Source: Candidatus Moranella endobia PCIT (lineage in GTDB: Bacteria; Pseudomonadota; Gammaproteobacteria; Enterobacterales; Enterobacteriaceae). Taken from it: a DNA stretch of 32,000 nucleotides. A model generated the notes under the pieces. The model saw only the letters and a program-made list of their open reading frames with translations. It was not told the DNA's origin and made no database searches. The first letter of the stretch is position 1. Each line of letters begins with the position of its first letter. Below are positions 1 to 17,336 of this stretch, one piece after another. The stretch covers positions 1-32,000 of the forward strand of contig NC_015735.1 in assembly GCF_000219175.1 (NCBI RefSeq), written 5' to 3'. The position numbers were made by a program, and so were the translations under genes.

Positions 1-1800
1 ATGAAGAATATACGTAATTTTTCCATTATTGCCCATATCAACCACGGTAAATCGACGCTAGCAGATCGTTTAATACAGACTTGCGGCGGTGTTAGCGAAC
101 ATCAAATTGCGGCACAGATGCTGGATTCTATGGAGCTTGAGCGTGAACGCGGGATTACTATTAAAGCACAAAGCGTGACGCTGTATTATAAGGCGTCTGA
201 CGGTAATATTTATCAGCTTAATTTCATCGATACCCCAGGGCATGTGGACTTTTCCTATGAAGTATCCCGTTCACTGGCGGCGTGCGAAGGGGCGCTGCTA
301 GTAGTTGATGCTGGACAAGGGGTAGAGGCCCAGACGTTAGCAAACTGCTATAAAGCCATGGAAATGGATTTAGAAGTAGTGACAGTGCTGAATAAAATAG
401 ATCTGCCTACTGTTGAACCAGATCGTGTTGCGCAAGAAATTGAAGATATCATCGGACTTGATGCTACCAACGCGGTACGTTGTTCGGCGAAAACCGGTGT
501 TGGAGTATATGAGTTGCTAGAACGACTGATAAAAGATATACCCCCCCCGTCGGGGGATCCTGCTGCACCGCTGCAGGCACTGATTATCGACTCCTGGTTT
601 GATAATTATTTGGGTGTGGTATCGCTGGTGTGTATCAAACATGGCACCCTTTGCAAAGGCGATAAAATTAAGGTAATGAGTACTGGTCAACTATACAACG
701 CTGATCGGCTGGGTATTTTCGTGCCGAAACGGATCGAAAGAAATTTTCTTAATTGTGGTGAAGTAGGTTGGCTGGTCTGTACCATGAAAGATATTAACGG
801 TGCACCTGTAGGAGACACTATGACGCTTGCGCGTCAGCCGGCTAAAGAAGCACTACCAGGCTTTAAAAAAGTCAAACCACAGGTGTATGCAGGTATGTTT
901 CCCGTTAGATCTGACTCTTATGAGGAGTTTCGCGATGCTCTCGGCAAACTAAGCTTGAATGATGCTTCGCTATTCTATGAGCCAGAACACTCTACCGTTT
1001 TGGGTTTTGGTTTCCGCTGCGGCTTTCTAGGACTGCTGCATATGGAAATCATACAGGAACGGCTAGAACGTGAATATAATCTTGAGCTGATCACTACAGC
1101 TCCTACGGTAATTTATGAGGTATTAACCACCGACGATCACACAATATACGTAGATAGCCCCTCAAAGCTACCACCACTGAATAAGATTGCAGAACTACGC
1201 GAGCCAGTTGCTGCATGCCATATTTTGCTGCCGCAGGTGTATTTGGGTAAGGTCATAAAACTATGTATTGAAAAGCGCGGGGTGCAGACCACGATAATTT
1301 ATCACGGCAAGCAGGTAGCACTGACCTATGAGATCCCCATGTCAGAAATAGTGCTGGATTTTTTTGATCGGTTGCAATCAGCCTCTAGTGGCTATGCTTC
1401 ACTGGATTATAACTTCAAAAGTTTTAAGCATTCTGACATGGTACGAGTAGATGTGTTGATTAACGGCGAGCGGGTAGATGCTCTAGCATTGATTGCCAAT
1501 CGTGAGCAAGCACCACAGCGCGGTCGAGATTTAGTTGATAAACTTCAGGAACTAATTCCGCGTCAACAGTTTGAAATCGCTATTCAGGCGGCTATTGGTA
1601 ATAATATTATCGCCCGTTCTACCATTAAGCAGTTGCGTAAGAACGTGCTGGCAAAGTGCTATGGCGGTGATGTTAGTCGCAAGAAAAAGCTACTGCAAAA
1701 GCAGAAAAAGGGCAAAAAGCGCATGAAACAAGTAGGGAACGTTGCACTTCCACAGGAAGCATTCTTAGCAATTTTACACATGGGTAAAAAAAGTAAATAA
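1..1800 (+). CDS. lepA: Elongation factor 4 (LepA), full length 599 aa
   Basis: [27 protein letters not shown]... with GTPase motifs ([20 protein letters not shown]) and the LepA C-terminal region; first gene of the conserved lepA-lepB-rnc-era order. Confidence 0.98.
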   Translation: MKNIRNFSIIAHINHGKSTLADRLIQTCGGVSEHQIAAQMLDSMELERERGITIKAQSVTLYYKASDGNIYQLNFIDTPGHVDFSYEVSRSLAACEGALLVVDAGQGVEAQTLANCYKAMEMDLEVVTVLNKIDLPTVEPDRVAQEIEDIIGLDATNAVRCSAKTGVGVYELLERLIKDIPPPSGDPAAPLQALIIDSWFDNYLGVVSLVCIKHGTLCKGDKIKVMSTGQLYNADRLGIFVPKRIERNFLNCGEVGWLVCTMKDINGAPVGDTMTLARQPAKEALPGFKKVKPQVYAGMFPVRSDSYEEFRDALGKLSLNDASLFYEPEHSTVLGFGFRCGFLGLLHMEIIQERLEREYNLELITTAPTVIYEVLTTDDHTIYVDSPSKLPPLNKIAELREPVAACHILLPQVYLGKVIKLCIEKRGVQTTIIYHGKQVALTYEIPMSEIVLDFFDRLQSASSGYASLDYNFKSFKHSDMVRVDVLINGERVDALALIANREQAPQRGRDLVDKLQELIPRQQFEIAIQAAIGNNIIARSTIKQLRKNVLAKCYGGDVSRKKKLLQKQKKGKKRMKQVGNVALPQEAFLAILHMGKKSK

Positions 1801-1815
1801 AATTTAGGAGATTGC

Positions 1816-2778
1816 ATGGCAAATATCTTTGCCCTAATGCTGTCAATAGCGACCCTGATTACAGGAATAATATGGTTTATAATGATAATAAAGCATAAAC
1901 GCCGCCAATTGGCGCAGTATGCTTATCAAAAAAGCACTGACAACATTACTATTACTGCTGCCGTTAAAGATGGCTGGCTAACAACCTACGCTTCCCTTTT
2001 CCCGGTACTGTTATTAGTATTTGTGGTTAGATCATTTATTTTCGAACCTTTTCAAATTCCCTCCGGATCCATGATGCCGACGCTTCTTGTTGGTGATTGT
2101 ATTCTAGTGCAGAAGTTTGCTTATGGCATTAAAGACCCAATAGGTCAGAAAACTATCATTCGAACCAGCCATCCGAAACACGGTGACGTTGTAGTTTTCA
2201 AATACCCGCCTGATCCTAGGTGGAATTATATTAAACGGGTTATAGGGCTACCGGGAGATAGAATTATTTATGATTTTGTCAAAAAAAGCATTACAGTGCA
2301 GCCTAGTTGTGCAAGCAGACAAAACTGCACAATGACATTACCAATTACCTATAGTGCATTTACCCCAAGTAATTTAGTACAAATCTTTCACTCAATAGGT
2401 AACGGTGAAACAAGTAGTAGTTTCCTGCAGGTAACGCTTGATCGCAAAGTGAATATTGGTATTCGACTGGAGCAACGTAACGAATCATTTGGTGGCAAAA
2501 TGCATCAATTACTAACAGTACCTGGGAAAAAAGATCAAATTAGCATTTATTGTCAGCAGCCTGGCAGTTCCCTGGCAGAGTGGGTCGTGCCAAAGGGAGA
2601 ATATTTTATGATGGGCGATAACCGTGATAATAGTTACGATAGCCGATATTGGGGATTCGTACCGGAAAAAAATATTGTTGGCAAAGCAACAGCGATTTGG
2701 ATCAGCTTTGATAAACATGAAGGCAAGAAGTGGCCCACCGGATTGCGCTTAAGCCGTATTGGAAGCAGTATTAGTTAA
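1816..2778 (+). CDS. lepB: Signal peptidase I
   Basis: 320 aa ORF with IPSGSMMPTLLVGDCILVQKF, YIKRVIGLPGD and MGDNRDNSYDSRYWGFV motifs; directly downstream of lepA. Confidence 0.98.
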   Translation: MANIFALMLSIATLITGIIWFIMIIKHKRRQLAQYAYQKSTDNITITAAVKDGWLTTYASLFPVLLLVFVVRSFIFEPFQIPSGSMMPTLLVGDCILVQKFAYGIKDPIGQKTIIRTSHPKHGDVVVFKYPPDPRWNYIKRVIGLPGDRIIYDFVKKSITVQPSCASRQNCTMTLPITYSAFTPSNLVQIFHSIGNGETSSSFLQVTLDRKVNIGIRLEQRNESFGGKMHQLLTVPGKKDQISIYCQQPGSSLAEWVVPKGEYFMMGDNRDNSYDSRYWGFVPEKNIVGKATAIWISFDKHEGKKWPTGLRLSRIGSSIS

Positions 2779-2865
2779 TGCTTTGCGCATATTTGTTATC
2801 TCTGTAATATCCTTAATGTGGTGTAAATTAAAGTTTTTACGCATGATTTATCTTGTTGGTAACGC

Positions 2866-3555
2866 ATGAATAATGTCTATTTAATAAATAGGTTTCAGCA
2901 GAAACTGGGCTATAATTTTAATAATTACGATCTTTTGCTACAGGCGTTAACGCACCGCAGCGCCAGCAGCAAACATAATGAACGACTGGAATTTTTAGGC
3001 GATTCTATATTGAGTTATGTCATTGCTAAGTCGCTTTATGAGATGTTCCCGCTTGTTGATGAAGGTGACATGAGTCGTATACGTGCTACGTTAGTACGCG
3101 GCAATACACTTGCAGAAATGGCACGGGAGTTAGAACTCAGTAGATGTTTGATTCTAGGCCATGGAGAGCTAAAAAGCGGAGGTATTAACCGTGAATCCAT
3201 TTTAGCCGATGCATTAGAAGCGTTAATTGGTAGCATATTTTTGGACAGCAATATTCAAACGGTCGACCATCTAATCCTGAAATGGTACCGCACACGTTTA
3301 GCTAAAATTAATCCCCGCGAGCAGCAAAAAGATCCAAAAACCAAGTTACAGGAATATCTTCAAAGACGCCATTTGCCACTGCCAAACTATTTATTGGTCC
3401 AAGTATGTGGAGAGTCACACGATCAGGAATTTACTATACAGTGCCAAGTAAGCGAGCTGATGCAACCAGCAGTAGGCAGTGGTTCTAACCGGAGAAAAGC
3501 CGAGCAAGATGCAGCAGCACAAGCACTTAAACTATTGGAATTGGAGCTTACATGA
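2866..3555 (+). CDS. rnc: Ribonuclease III
   Basis: 229 aa ORF with the RNase III signature [11 protein letters not shown] and a C-terminal dsRBD ([11 protein letters not shown]...[18 protein letters not shown]); stop overlaps era start (ATGA). Confidence 0.98.
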   Translation: MNNVYLINRFQQKLGYNFNNYDLLLQALTHRSASSKHNERLEFLGDSILSYVIAKSLYEMFPLVDEGDMSRIRATLVRGNTLAEMARELELSRCLILGHGELKSGGINRESILADALEALIGSIFLDSNIQTVDHLILKWYRTRLAKINPREQQKDPKTKLQEYLQRRHLPLPNYLLVQVCGESHDQEFTIQCQVSELMQPAVGSGSNRRKAEQDAAAQALKLLELELT

Positions 3556-4457
3556 TCGAAAAGATAACTACTTATTGTGGTTTTGTAGCGATTGTAGGCC
3601 GGCCGAATGTAGGTAAATCAACGTTAATTAATCAATTGTTAGGGCAGAAAGTATCTATTACCTCTTGTAAACCGCAAACTACCCGTCACCCCATTAGAGG
3701 AATACAAACTAAGTGGCCTTACCAGGCTATTTATATAGATACTCCAGGACTAATGCAGATTAAAGAAAATCGTTTGATAAATAGAGTAATGAATCGTGTT
3801 GCCATCAATTCCCTCCACGATGTTGCAGTGATACTGTTTGTTGTTGAAGGTACTAACTGGACAAGAGATGATAAAATAGTTGTAAATAGACTACGTAATG
3901 TTAACAGCCGAGTTATACTGGTTATCAATAAAATTGATAAAATATATTGCAAGAAAAAATTATTACCCCATATCAAGTTTCTTAATCATCAGATGACCTT
4001 CCATGAAATTATACCTATTTGCGCAGAAAACGGTATGAATGTCAATTATCTAGCTAATAGCGTACATGAAGTACTACCAGCAAATGAGCATAATTTTCTA
4101 GAAGATCATATTACTGATCGCTCACAACGCTTCATAGCATCTGAAATTATTCGCGAAAAAATAATGCGTTTTTTGGGCGATGAACTACCATATTCTGTAG
4201 CAATAGAAATACAAAGTTTCAACAAACATAATCGTGGTTATTATGATATTCATGCTTTTATTGTGGTAGAGCGTGATAGCCAGAAGAAAATAGTTATTGG
4301 TCATAAAGGAAATAAAATTAAAATGATCGGTATCAAGGCGAGGAAAGAAATGGAAACAATGTTCGAGGTAATAGTTCATCTGCAGTTATGGGTAAAAGTA
4401 AAAGCTGGCTGGGCCGATGATGCATATGCTCTACACAAACTAGGCTATATTAATTAA
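3552..4457 (+). CDS. era: GTPase Era, 16S rRNA maturation factor
   Basis: 301 aa ORF: [17 protein letters not shown] motifs and KH domain ([21 protein letters not shown]). Confidence 0.98.
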   Translation: MIEKITTYCGFVAIVGRPNVGKSTLINQLLGQKVSITSCKPQTTRHPIRGIQTKWPYQAIYIDTPGLMQIKENRLINRVMNRVAINSLHDVAVILFVVEGTNWTRDDKIVVNRLRNVNSRVILVINKIDKIYCKKKLLPHIKFLNHQMTFHEIIPICAENGMNVNYLANSVHEVLPANEHNFLEDHITDRSQRFIASEIIREKIMRFLGDELPYSVAIEIQSFNKHNRGYYDIHAFIVVERDSQKKIVIGHKGNKIKMIGIKARKEMETMFEVIVHLQLWVKVKAGWADDAYALHKLGYIN

Positions 4458-4463
4458 TCCTTT

Positions 4464-4571
4464 ATGCATGAGTTAAATATTGGTCATGCCATTATTAGTC
4501 GTGCTGTGCTTAGCGGCTTAGAAGAAGCAGTAAAAGATATGAAACGCCTTATACATGAAGCATGCTGCTGA
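4464..4571 (+). pseudogene. pdxJ: Retained 3' tip of pyridoxine 5'-phosphate synthase gene (35 codons plus stop)
   Basis: Translation [35 protein letters not shown] corresponds to the PdxJ C-terminus (E. coli ...[34 protein letters not shown], from memory). TGATG overlap with the acpS start; canonical position between era and acpS. Confidence 0.93.
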
Positions 4572-4951
4572 TGGCGATTGTTGGTATTGGTACCGATATC
4601 GTCGAGCTGGAGCGAATGGAGGCGGTAGTTTCCCGCACAGGTGCTAAAATAGCACGTCGGATACTCAGTCAAAATGAATTACTGCAATATCAACAGCATA
4701 ATAAGCCGGTACGATTTCTTGCTAAACGTTTTGCTGTAAAAGAAGCAGTGTCGAAGGCCTTTGGCACCGGTATTCGTAACGGGCTTACTTTTTCACAGGT
4801 TGAGGTCTGCAACGATGCCATGGGAAAACCTTCATTGCAATTGATTGCTCAAGCTGCTGAATTAGCTAGCAGGTTAAAAATTACCAGAATGCATGTAACA
4901 TTAGCTGATGAGCGGTATTACGTCTACGCCATGGTAATTTTTGAACAATAG
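4571..4951 (+). CDS. acpS: Holo-[acyl-carrier-protein] synthase
   Basis: [20 protein letters not shown]... and [15 protein letters not shown] motif. The track starts at 4562; the start ATG at 4571 overlapping the pdxJ stop fits homologues better. Confidence 0.96.
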   Translation: MAIVGIGTDIVELERMEAVVSRTGAKIARRILSQNELLQYQQHNKPVRFLAKRFAVKEAVSKAFGTGIRNGLTFSQVEVCNDAMGKPSLQLIAQAAELASRLKITRMHVTLADERYYVYAMVIFEQ

Positions 4952-4993
4952 AGAACTATAATAACTATAGATCTATAATTTAGATTCAAAGCA

Positions 4994-5070
4994 TGGCGGT
5001 GCGGACGGGATTTGAACCCGCGACCCCCGACGTGACAGGCCGGTATTCTAACCAACTGAACTACCGCACC
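4994..5070 (-). tRNA. tRNA-Asp (anticodon GUC), CCA encoded
   Basis: Reverse complement GGTGCGGTAGTTCAGTTGGTTAGAATACCGGCCTGTCACGTCGGGGGTCGCGGGTTCAAATCCCGTCCGCACCGCCA folds as a cloverleaf; 7-bp acceptor GGTGCGG/CCGCACC; downstream of 5S rRNA. Confidence 0.97.
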
Positions 5071-5095
5071 ACTAAACTAAATTATCTATCTTAGT

Positions 5096-5214
5096 TGCCT
5101 GGCAGTTCCCTACTCTCGCATGGGGAAACCCCACACTACCATCGGCACTACGGCGTTTCACTTCTGAGTTCGGCATGGGGTCAGGTGGTACCACCGCGCT
5201 AATGCCGCCAGGCA
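5096..5214 (-). rRNA. rrf: 5S ribosomal RNA
   Basis: Plus strand TGCCTGGCAGTTCCCTACTCTCGCATGGGG...GGTGGTACCACCGCGCTAATGCCGCCAGGCA is the complement of enterobacterial 5S; ends matched by eye. Confidence 0.96.
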
Positions 5215-5308
5215 AATTCTTTTGCTTTTGCTACAATCAGCATCATGAATAATCCAGAACATACTTCTCCAAGTTGTCAATTGCGCTCTCAAACAGCTTA
5301 GGTGTTGT

Positions 5309-8227
<2,919 letters not shown>

Positions 8228-8365
8228 ACAACCCTGAGCTGTTTGTCTTTTTTTCAGGTTTGAGAACTTGGTTCTTGGTTATTGGATCGACTTGGATCGA
8301 CATTGATAAATAAATATGCGCATAGCATACGCATACTAAGTTTTTACCTCATGTCTAGTTTATTC

Positions 8366-8384
8366 CAGATTGTTAAAGAACAAA
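8366..8384 (-). promoter_or_regulatory. Spacer boxA-like antitermination element upstream of 23S
   Basis: Reverse complement TTTTGTTCTTTAACAATCTGG resembles the enterobacterial rrn spacer boxA region (GTTCTTTAACAATCTGG). Confidence 0.6.
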
Positions 8385-8483
8385 ATACTTACAAAATATT
8401 ACATTTTTATGCTAATGCTAAGCTAAACTAGTAGCTGTTGATAACAGCCCATTTATTAGTGCCTTAAGTAGCGTCCCCTAGAG

Positions 8484-8559
8484 TTGTGGAGCTAAGCGGG
8501 ATCGAACCGCTGACTTCCTGCTTGCAAAACAGGTGCTCTACCAACTGAGCTATAGCCCC
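8484..8559 (-). tRNA. tRNA-Ala (anticodon UGC); last three template-encoded bases are CAA rather than CCA
   Basis: Reverse complement GGGGCTATAGCTCAGTTGGTAGAGCACCTGTTTTGCAAGCAGGAAGTCAGCGGTTCGATCCCGCTTAGCTCCACAA; located in the 16S-23S spacer. Confidence 0.97.
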
Positions 8560-8593
8560 AAAGCCTAAATAATAATTACCTAACTAGCTATAT

Positions 8594-8667
8594 TAGGCCT
8601 GAGTGGAATTGAACCACCTACCTTACCCTTATCAGGGGTACGCTCTAACCAACTGAGCTACAGGCCT
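8594..8667 (-). tRNA. tRNA-Ile (anticodon GAU), CCA not encoded
   Basis: Reverse complement AGGCCTGTAGCTCAGTTGGTTAGAGCGTACCCCTGATAAGGGTAAGGTAGGTGGTTCAATTCCACTCAGGCCTA, followed by ATA instead of CCA; located in the 16S-23S spacer. Confidence 0.97.
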
Positions 8668-8735
8668 AGTAATTTGTTACTAGTAATAATTATCAGACAA
8701 TCTGTGTAGACACATCACACAACATATCTTTTTGG

Positions 8736-10278
<1,543 letters not shown>

Positions 10279-10388
10279 AAAATTGTCTACTTAAATAACG
10301 AAAACTAAAATAGAAATTTTCGCTTTAACAGAACTACCTTGTATTAATATAGTTCTGTGAGTGCCTACACAGATTGTCTGACAAATTT

Positions 10389-10399
10389 TTTAAAGAGCA
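10389..10399 (-). promoter_or_regulatory. rrn leader boxA antitermination element
   Basis: Reverse complement TGCTCTTTAAA matches the E. coli leader boxA core (TGCTCTTTAACA), about 110 nt upstream of the 16S 5' end. Confidence 0.75.
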
Positions 10400-10411
10400 T
10401 AATACTATTGA

Positions 10412-10440
10412 ATAGTAAAATAGCTTTTTGTAAAAAGCAA
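10412..10440 (-). promoter_or_regulatory. Candidate sigma-70 promoter for the rRNA operon
   Basis: Reverse complement TTGCTT-N17-TACTAT directly upstream of boxA. Weak evidence, because the flanking sequence is very AT-rich. Confidence 0.35.
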
Positions 10441-10660
10441 TATATATTTAGTATTTAACGTACAAAATTATTATCTGTTTAATTTAAAATCTACTCTATT
10501 AAAATTTATTAAAAATAATAATAGTTTTAGCAAATTCAAAAAATATATAAAAGTATTATTACTATTTTAAGCAATTAAGCAATAATTTTAAATTAATTTA
10601 ACTAAACTGAATTACAAAATGCAGTAAAATAACAATATAAAATCTATAAATTAAATAGAT

Positions 10661-10769
10661 GGAAGCACAGTCATTATTGCACCAAAATTACTTACTACGG
10701 CTGCTTCCTTCCAGATCTGACCGGATTTATAAGATATTATTTGTTGCTCTTGTAATGAGCTATGCCTCC
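10661..10769 (-). ncRNA. ffs: 4.5S RNA (bacterial signal recognition particle RNA)
   Basis: Reverse complement GGAGGCATAGCTCATTACAAGAGCAACAAATAATATCTTATAAATCCGGTCAGATCTGGAAGGAAGCAGCCGTAGTAAGTAATTTTGGTGCAATAATGACTGTGCTTCC contains the SRP domain IV hallmark GGTCAG(A/G)TC(T/C)GGAAGGAAGCAGCC. The termini GGAGGCATAG/CTGTGCTTCC pair over 10 bp with G-U wobbles, closing the hairpin. Confidence 0.94.
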
Positions 10770-10958
10770 AAATTTATTTAAATTGAAAATAAGTATTGTT
10801 AATGATTGCAAAAAAAATACAAAAAATAAATGATATTATAATCTAACTAATTATTTTACTAAATTAAAAATAATAGCACTGAATGATATTCAAAAAAATG
10901 AAAATATGCAATAAAATTTGAAAATAAAATATAGATGGTATCTAAAATAAAGAAAATT

Positions 10959-12335
10959 TTACTTACCAATGCAAAAAGTAGAAAAAATTTTTTTAATTAA
11001 ATTATCAGAACTAAATTCACCAGTAATTTCACTAAGTGCCTGTTGCGCTAGACGTAAATCTTCCGCTAATAGTTCAATTTCATTTGCATAATAGTTAGTT
11101 AATTTTAACTTACATTGACCTAAATATTTAGCAGCAGTTTCTAGTGCATCCAAATGACGTCGTCGAGCTAAAAAAATTCCCTCTGTACTACTAGTAAAGC
11201 CTATTATTTTATGTAAATAGGTAAGCAAAAAATCTACACCTAAATTTATCTTAGCAGATATGGTAATTATCGGATAACCTTTAATTTCGCTAATACAAAT
11301 TTTTTCGCCAGTAATATCTGCTTTATTTCGTATTATTGTAATTGGAATATTAGTTGGCAAACAATCAATTATTGACCAATATATATATTGGTCAATAATT
11401 GGTGTAGGTGTAGTAGTACTATCAATTATTAATAACACATGATCAGCTTTTTCTATTTCAAACCTGGCACGCTCAATACCGATTTTTTCTACTTCGTCAA
11501 AAGAATGACCTAAACCTGCAGTATCAGTAATATGAAGTGGCATGCCATCTAAAAAATAAATATGTTCACGCAATACATCACGTGTGGTACCAGCAATTGG
11601 AGTAACAATAGCTACATCATTACCAACAAGAGCATTTAGTAAGCTTGATTTACCGGCATTAGGCTTACCAGCAATCACTACTTTCATGCCTTCGCGTAAT
11701 AAACAACCATAATTAGCGTTATTTTGTATACTATCAATTCTAGTAATTAGGTTATTTATCCTAGATTCAATTTTAATTTTCGAAAAAAGATCAATTTTTT
11801 CCTCAGAAAAATCAATAGTTGATTCGATATCAACGCGTAGATTAGTTAATAATTCTACTAATTCATTAATTCGTTCGGAAAAAATCCCTTGCAAAGAATT
11901 GATTGCAGCACGAGCAGCCTGAATAGAACTAGCGTCTATTAAATCAGCTATAGCTTCTGCTTGAATAAGATCCAATTTATTATTAAGAAAAGCTCGCTCT
12001 AAAAACTCTCCTGGGCGGGCAATGCGCAAACCTGATAGTGATATTATCTGTTGTAACAATAAATCTAAGATAACTGGACCACCATGACCTTGTAGTTCTA
12101 ATATATCTTCTCCTGTAAAGGAATCAGGAGAAGAGAAAAATAAAGCAATACCTTGATCTAAAATCAAGCCATCTTTGTTGCGAAAAGGTAGATATTCTGC
12201 TTGTCGTTTTTTCGGTATTTTACCTAATATTACGTATGCAACTTTAGTAACAAGTGGACCAGAGATACGAATAATGCCTATGCCGCCGTGACCGCGAGGA
12301 GTAGCAATAGCAGCAATAGTATCATTATTTTTCAA
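10959..12335 (-). CDS. mnmE: tRNA uridine-5-carboxymethylaminomethyl(34) synthesis GTPase MnmE (TrmE)
   Basis: 458 aa [26 protein letters not shown]..., G1 [12 protein letters not shown], and C-terminal CIGK. Apparent TTG start. Confidence 0.98.
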   Translation of the reverse strand: MKNNDTIAAIATPRGHGGIGIIRISGPLVTKVAYVILGKIPKKRQAEYLPFRNKDGLILDQGIALFFSSPDSFTGEDILELQGHGGPVILDLLLQQIISLSGLRIARPGEFLERAFLNNKLDLIQAEAIADLIDASSIQAARAAINSLQGIFSERINELVELLTNLRVDIESTIDFSEEKIDLFSKIKIESRINNLITRIDSIQNNANYGCLLREGMKVVIAGKPNAGKSSLLNALVGNDVAIVTPIAGTTRDVLREHIYFLDGMPLHITDTAGLGHSFDEVEKIGIERARFEIEKADHVLLIIDSTTTPTPIIDQYIYWSIIDCLPTNIPITIIRNKADITGEKICISEIKGYPIITISAKINLGVDFLLTYLHKIIGFTSSTEGIFLARRRHLDALETAAKYLGQCKLKLTNYYANEIELLAEDLRLAQQALSEITGEFSSDNLIKKIFSTFCIGK

Positions 12336-12447
12336 TTAAAAGCTCCATTTACTTAACAAAGAATGTGGTGTGATTCAAAGCTAATTAATATATTCATTAA
12401 GATTATAATAACATAATGCTAGTTTGTTTATGTATAAAGCTATTATT

Positions 12448-14064
12448 TTACTTTTTTACCATAGTTTTATAGAAACCACACTTTTTAAGTCCACGATAGA
12501 TTAACTGCTGTTGAATTATTGTTACTAAGTTATTAACGATATAATATAATATCAAACCAGATGGAAGCCATAAAAAAAATACAGTAAAAATTAAAGGCAT
12601 AAATGTCATAATTTTTTGCTGCCTAGATGATTTAGTGACGTTGTTAGTATGTGATATATTCTGAATTAATAAGATAGTAATACCCATAATTATGGGTAAT
12701 ACGTAATAAGGATCTTGAGAAGAAAGATCATGTATCCACAGCATAAAAGATGCATGGCGTAATTCAATAGAGTTAGAAAGAACATGATATAGTGCGAGAA
12801 ATATTGGCATTTGAATTAACATCGGCAGTAAACTACTAAGTGGATTAATATTTTCCTTATTGTATAAAGCGATTATTTCCTGGTTCTGACGCTGCTTATC
12901 ATTTAAAAAACGTTCACGTATTGCTGATATTTTTGGTTGCAAAATACGTATTTTAGCTATTGAAGTATACTGTGACTTTGTTATCGGATACATAATAATA
13001 CGGATAATAAAGGTAATGATAATAATAGAAAATCCCCAGTTACTAATATAATGATGAATATATTTCATAAAATATAACATTGATTGGGAAATAAATCGCA
13101 GTAAGCCATAATCCACTACTAGATCAAGATTTTTAGCAATATTTACCATTCTATTCTTTATCTCAGGACCAAGCCATAAAGAAGCCTGCAACTCACTTTG
13201 ATTACCTGCCGCAATAGTAACAGGAGAGGACTTAAAACCAACCACAACATGTCTATTATCATAATTTGAAGCATAAAAATTTTTAGTACCTGAAGTAAAT
13301 GGCACCCAGACAACAGAAAAATATTTTTGTAACATTGCAATCCAACCAATATTAGTATTCAAGAATAGATTACATTTATTAAGTTCTTTAAAATTATATT
13401 TTTTATATTTTTTGTAGGTAGTAGAATAAGCAATGCGACGGAACATATGCGACGATGATAAATTATTGCTAAGAAATGTATCTGGTAAATTCATCGATTG
13501 TTTTAGTTGACCAAATAACATAAAATTAAGTGGTTTAGTGCTAGTATTATTGATGTAATAATTAACAGTTAAAGCAAAATCACTACGTTTTAAAATAAAG
13601 GTTTTAGTATATATTATATTATTAGCAGTATATGTTAATGGTACTAATAATTCATGCTGGTTATTTTCTAGAACATAAATATCTTGTTTAGAAGTATACA
13701 GTGGACGATTACCATTTACGAGGTTATCCAGTCCATTTTCACCGATTAGGCCACTTTGTGCATGATAAACAAATTCTTTAGAAGAATCTAATAAATGGAC
13801 AGGTTTTGGTGAATCTAATTCATTAGAATAGGGTAATAGCAAAGCTTGCTCGATATCACCACCATAAGTATTTATTTGTAAAGATAACACATCAGTTTTA
13901 ACAGTAATAATCTTACCTAAACTATCTGTTAATATAGTAGCCAACTGTTGCCTATTTTGAGGATTAGACAACTGGTAAACAGAAAAATCCATATTAACAT
14001 ACTGACATATAATACATAATATGCACATTATAGTAATTAAAAGTAAATTACGTTGTAAAGTCAT
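12448..14064 (-). CDS. yidC: Membrane protein insertase YidC
   Basis: 538 aa ORF MTLQRNLLLITIMCILCIICQY..., Oxa1/YidC core (WGFSIIIITFIIRIIMYPITKSQY..., MIQMPIFLALYHVLSNSIELRHASF, LPLIF region); between mnmE and the yidD/rnpA position. Confidence 0.97.
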   Translation of the reverse strand: MTLQRNLLLITIMCILCIICQYVNMDFSVYQLSNPQNRQQLATILTDSLGKIITVKTDVLSLQINTYGGDIEQALLLPYSNELDSPKPVHLLDSSKEFVYHAQSGLIGENGLDNLVNGNRPLYTSKQDIYVLENNQHELLVPLTYTANNIIYTKTFILKRSDFALTVNYYINNTSTKPLNFMLFGQLKQSMNLPDTFLSNNLSSSHMFRRIAYSTTYKKYKKYNFKELNKCNLFLNTNIGWIAMLQKYFSVVWVPFTSGTKNFYASNYDNRHVVVGFKSSPVTIAAGNQSELQASLWLGPEIKNRMVNIAKNLDLVVDYGLLRFISQSMLYFMKYIHHYISNWGFSIIIITFIIRIIMYPITKSQYTSIAKIRILQPKISAIRERFLNDKQRQNQEIIALYNKENINPLSSLLPMLIQMPIFLALYHVLSNSIELRHASFMLWIHDLSSQDPYYVLPIIMGITILLIQNISHTNNVTKSSRQQKIMTFMPLIFTVFFLWLPSGLILYYIVNNLVTIIQQQLIYRGLKKCGFYKTMVKK

Positions 14065-14127
14065 TATGAATGTTTTCTATAGTTAAATAGTTTTAACAAA
14101 ATGAGATATTCACTACATTTGCTTAAA

Positions 14128-14300
14128 TTAAATGGTGACATTTTCATAATCTTTTAACTGTTAAAATTACCTTTAACGAACTCAATAAACGCTCAATACC
14201 GTACTTTAAACAAATAGAAAAAAACCAATAAGTAGTACCAAAGTAGTACCAATTGACGACGCATGGATAAACTGATATCAAACTAATCAAAAAAACTAAA
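14128..14300 (-). pseudogene. yidD: Degenerate yidD (membrane protein insertion efficiency factor) relic
   Basis: Reverse-strand translation LISLISVYP...YGIERLLSSLKVILTVKRL*KCHHLI matches YidD LIALIRVYQ...[30 protein letters not shown] (from memory). In-frame TGA at 14144..14146 (minus), loss of the Cys-rich centre, and an 11-bp tandem duplication. Position between yidC and rnpA is canonical. Confidence 0.88.
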
Positions 14301-14308
14301 CAAGAAGG

Positions 14309-14665
14309 CTAATTATAGTACCAGAATTTTTCTAACATCTTATTTAGTGCATAGTTATCCAGATCGACAACATTTTTTTTAATTATAACAATAAAATCCA
14401 TAGAAAGCATAATGTGTTTATTTAAACGAAAACTTTCACGTATTAAGCGTTTAATTCTATTTCGTTCATGAGCTTGTTTAACAATTTTTTTTGCAACCGT
14501 CAAACCAAGACGAGGACGACCTAGCGTATTCATACGACTTAAAATATTGAAATACTTTGTGCCACTACGTTTAGATTGCTGAAAGACAAAAGCAAAATTA
14601 TCAGCATTTAATAATCTTGATTCTCGGGAGAATGTAAATTGAACCACAGAATTTGTAATATTCAC
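14309..14665 (-). CDS. rnpA: Ribonuclease P protein component
   Basis: [28 protein letters not shown]..., [31 protein letters not shown] signature; GTG start; adjacent to rpmH. Confidence 0.97.
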   Translation of the reverse strand: MNITNSVVQFTFSRESRLLNADNFAFVFQQSKRSGTKYFNILSRMNTLGRPRLGLTVAKKIVKQAHERNRIKRLIRESFRLNKHIMLSMDFIVIIKKNVVDLDNYALNKMLEKFWYYN

Positions 14666-14666
14666 T

Positions 14667-14816
14667 TTAGGTTATTTTAGTAGATACAGTTAGACGTATG
14701 CGACCTTTTACACGACGACGAGCCAAAACTTGACGACCATTATTAGTTGACATACGAGCACGAAAACCGTGGGTACGGTTACGTTTTAATATAGAAGGTT
14801 GAAAAGTACGTTTCAT
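14667..14816 (-). CDS. rpmH: 50S ribosomal protein L34 (49 aa; not in the ORF track)
   Basis: Reverse complement translates to [49 protein letters not shown], the canonical L34 sequence. Confidence 0.98.
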   Translation of the reverse strand: MKRTFQPSILKRNRTHGFRARMSTNNGRQVLARRRVKGRIRLTVSTKIT

Positions 14817-14982
14817 ATAAATTTTACCTGATTTTACTTGTTTATAAAACTAAACTATAATTTTAATTATATTGTATAGTTTCTAATTAATTAGATATAT
14901 TCAGCATAATTTTAAACATTAAATAGTATGTAATTAATTACATTAATGAAAGTAATACTTCTTGTGTATAGAAGTTATATTA

Positions 14983-17142
<2,160 letters not shown>

Positions 17143-17336
17143 CTAGTAGAAAATACTCATTGTATATACACTGTGTTATCTTTTATATATGAATTAGATA
17201 TTATAAATCATTAACGTTTTCTCCATGCTCTGTCTTTGATATCATCGATATCATTGCAGCAGTAAAATGCTAAATATTCGGTATTGAGTTTAAATAAAAT
17301 TTTTATCAATCCATCCATATTAATATGAGGTTTTAC

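Noticed and set aside
2512-4672. Antisense ORFs 2512..2718, 3036..3251, 3731..3976, 4185..4379 and 4484..4672
   Set aside because: Fully antisense to lepB, rnc, era and pdxJ/acpS, with no recognisable domains.
4966-4977. TATAGATCTATA perfect palindrome between acpS and tRNA-Asp
   Set aside because: Only 12 bp with no loop and no T-tract; likely chance in AT-rich sequence and not a convincing terminator.
13158-13349. 63 aa ORF inside yidC, plus similar embedded ORFs in dnaN, dnaB, ssb, hemD, hemC and uvrD
   Set aside because: Embedded in strongly supported genes, no family similarity, no own ribosome-binding context.
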